64,000 nt of DNA, from contig CAVJSS010000002.1 in assembly GCA_963652335.1 (NCBI GenBank), positions 97,330 through 161,329 on the forward strand, given 5' to 3'. The stretch comes from an uncultured Eubacteriales bacterium. Lineage in GTDB: Bacteria; Bacillota_I; Bacilli_A; RFN20; CAG-826. This document shows positions 62,946 through 64,000 of this stretch, piece by piece. The position numbers were made by a program, and so were the translations under genes. Position 1 is the stretch's first letter, and each line of letters opens with the position of its first letter. The notes under the pieces are model-generated. The model ran no database searches, was not told the origin of the DNA, and saw nothing but the letters and a program-made list of their open reading frames with translations.

Positions 62946-64000
62946 ATGGCAAAAGAAAAATTCAACCGTGACCGTGTCCATCTTAACGTTGGCACCATCG
63001 GTCACGTCGACCACGGCAAGACCACTTTGACTGCCGCGATCACCCACTACCTCTCCATGCTCGGCAAAGCCACTGGCGGAGCTGAAGGAAACGCTGTTGA
63101 CAAAGCTTACGGCGATATCGACAGTTCTCCAGAAGAGAGAGCTCGTGGCATTACAATCAACACCGCTCACGAAGAGTACGAAACCAAGACCCGTCACTAT
63201 GCTCACGTCGACTGCCCGGGACACGCTGACTATATCAAGAACATGATCACCGGCGCCGCCCAGATGGATGCTGCCATCCTTGTCGTCGCCGCTACCGATG
63301 GCGTTATGCCTCAGACCCGCGAACACGTCTTGCTCGCCCGTCAGGTTGGCGTTCCTTATATCATCGTTTACCTTAACAAAACCGACCTCGTCGATGATCC
63401 AGAATTGATCGACTTAGTCGAAATGGATGTCCGTGACCTCTTAAGCTCCTATGGCTTCCCAGGCGACGAACTCCCAGTCATCCGTGGCTCCGCTCGCGAA
63501 GCCGGTATGGCCACCGATTATAATTCCGATGCTTGCAAGTCCATCAAAGAACTTCTCGAAGCTATGGATACCTATATCCCAGATCCAAAGCGTGACGAAG
63601 ACAAACCATTCTTGCTCCCAATCGAAGACGTCCTTACCATCTCTGGTCGTGGCACCGTCGTCACTGGCAGAGTCGAACGTGGTATCGCCCGCGTTGGCGA
63701 CGAAGCCGAAATCGTCGGTATCAAGCCAACCCAAAAGACCGTCATCACTGGTCTTGAAATGTTCCGTAAGACCTTGGATTTCGCCACTGGCGGCGATAAC
63801 GTCGGAGCTCTTCTCCGCGGCGTTACACATGACCAAGTCGAACGCGGCCAAGTCCTTGCTAAGCCAGGATCCATCGTCCCACACGACAAATTCTCCGCCG
63901 CTGTCTACGTTCTTACCAAAGAAGAAGGCGGACGTCACACTGCTTTCTTGAACGGTTATCGTCCACAATTCTTCTTCCGTACCACTGATATTACCGGTAA
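62946..64000 (+). CDS. tuf: elongation factor Tu (5' part; runs off window end)
   Basis: ATG at 62946 ([27 protein letters not shown]...) after GGAGG. The open frame continues to position 64000 and is absent from the ORF track for lack of a stop. Confidence 0.95.
   Translation, partial: MAKEKFNRDRVHLNVGTIGHVDHGKTTLTAAITHYLSMLGKATGGAEGNAVDKAYGDIDSSPEERARGITINTAHEEYETKTRHYAHVDCPGHADYIKNMITGAAQMDAAILVVAATDGVMPQTREHVLLARQVGVPYIIVYLNKTDLVDDPELIDLVEMDVRDLLSSYGFPGDELPVIRGSAREAGMATDYNSDACKSIKELLEAMDTYIPDPKRDEDKPFLLPIEDVLTISGRGTVVTGRVERGIARVGDEAEIVGIKPTQKTVITGLEMFRKTLDFATGGDNVGALLRGVTHDQVERGQVLAKPGSIVPHDKFSAAVYVLTKEEGGRHTAFLNGYRPQFFFRTTDITG

Overview
This 64 kb window from a low-GC Gram-positive (Firmicutes-like; some Erysipelotrichia/Mollicutes-like traits) chromosome is mostly core information-processing genes, interrupted by several accessory blocks. 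The organism call rests on Bacillus-type gene order and on lysine-rich termini on many proteins, and it is an inference.

Gene content, left to right:
- 1-2616 (minus strand): an anaerobic class III ribonucleotide reductase (NrdD) carrying a C-terminal glutaredoxin-like domain. It is immediately followed by the start of a thioredoxin reductase gene.
- 2.6-14.7 kb (mixed strands): an atypical MscL, a RimK-like ATP-grasp ligase, a glutamine-dependent NAD synthetase with an N-terminal Phd/YefM-like extension, a GtrA-like protein, an HI0933-family flavoprotein, membrane proteins, a lone P-loop kinase and prs. These are followed by a queuosine salvage operon (queT-tgt-queA-queH) headed by a putative preQ1-I riboswitch.
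- 15.0-29.7 kb (plus strand): a contiguous S10-spc-alpha ribosomal cluster, rpsJ through rplQ, including secY, adk, map, infA and rpmJ. There is no rpmD (L30), and S14 is the short Zn-ribbon (Z) type.
- 29.7-42.5 kb: an accessory, phosphatase-rich block. It holds a PAP2 phosphatase, two HAD phosphatases, a PTP-like phosphatase, an RDD membrane protein and an unusual ABC importer (SBP lipoprotein, fused double permease, ATPase with an insertion and a K-rich tail). It also holds three class II aldolase paralogues. Two of these share a ~400 nt near-identical core in inverted orientation that brackets the ABC module.
- 42.6-64.0 kb (plus strand): cysS, rlmB, a sigH-like gene, rpmG, secE and nusG; then an inserted CzrA/ArsR plus His-rich P1B-ATPase metal-efflux cassette with twin 20-bp palindromic operators; then rplKAJL, a ybxB-like methyltransferase, rpoB, rpoC, rpsL, rpsG, fusA and the 5' part of tuf.

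No CRISPR array, rRNA or tRNA was detected by eye.
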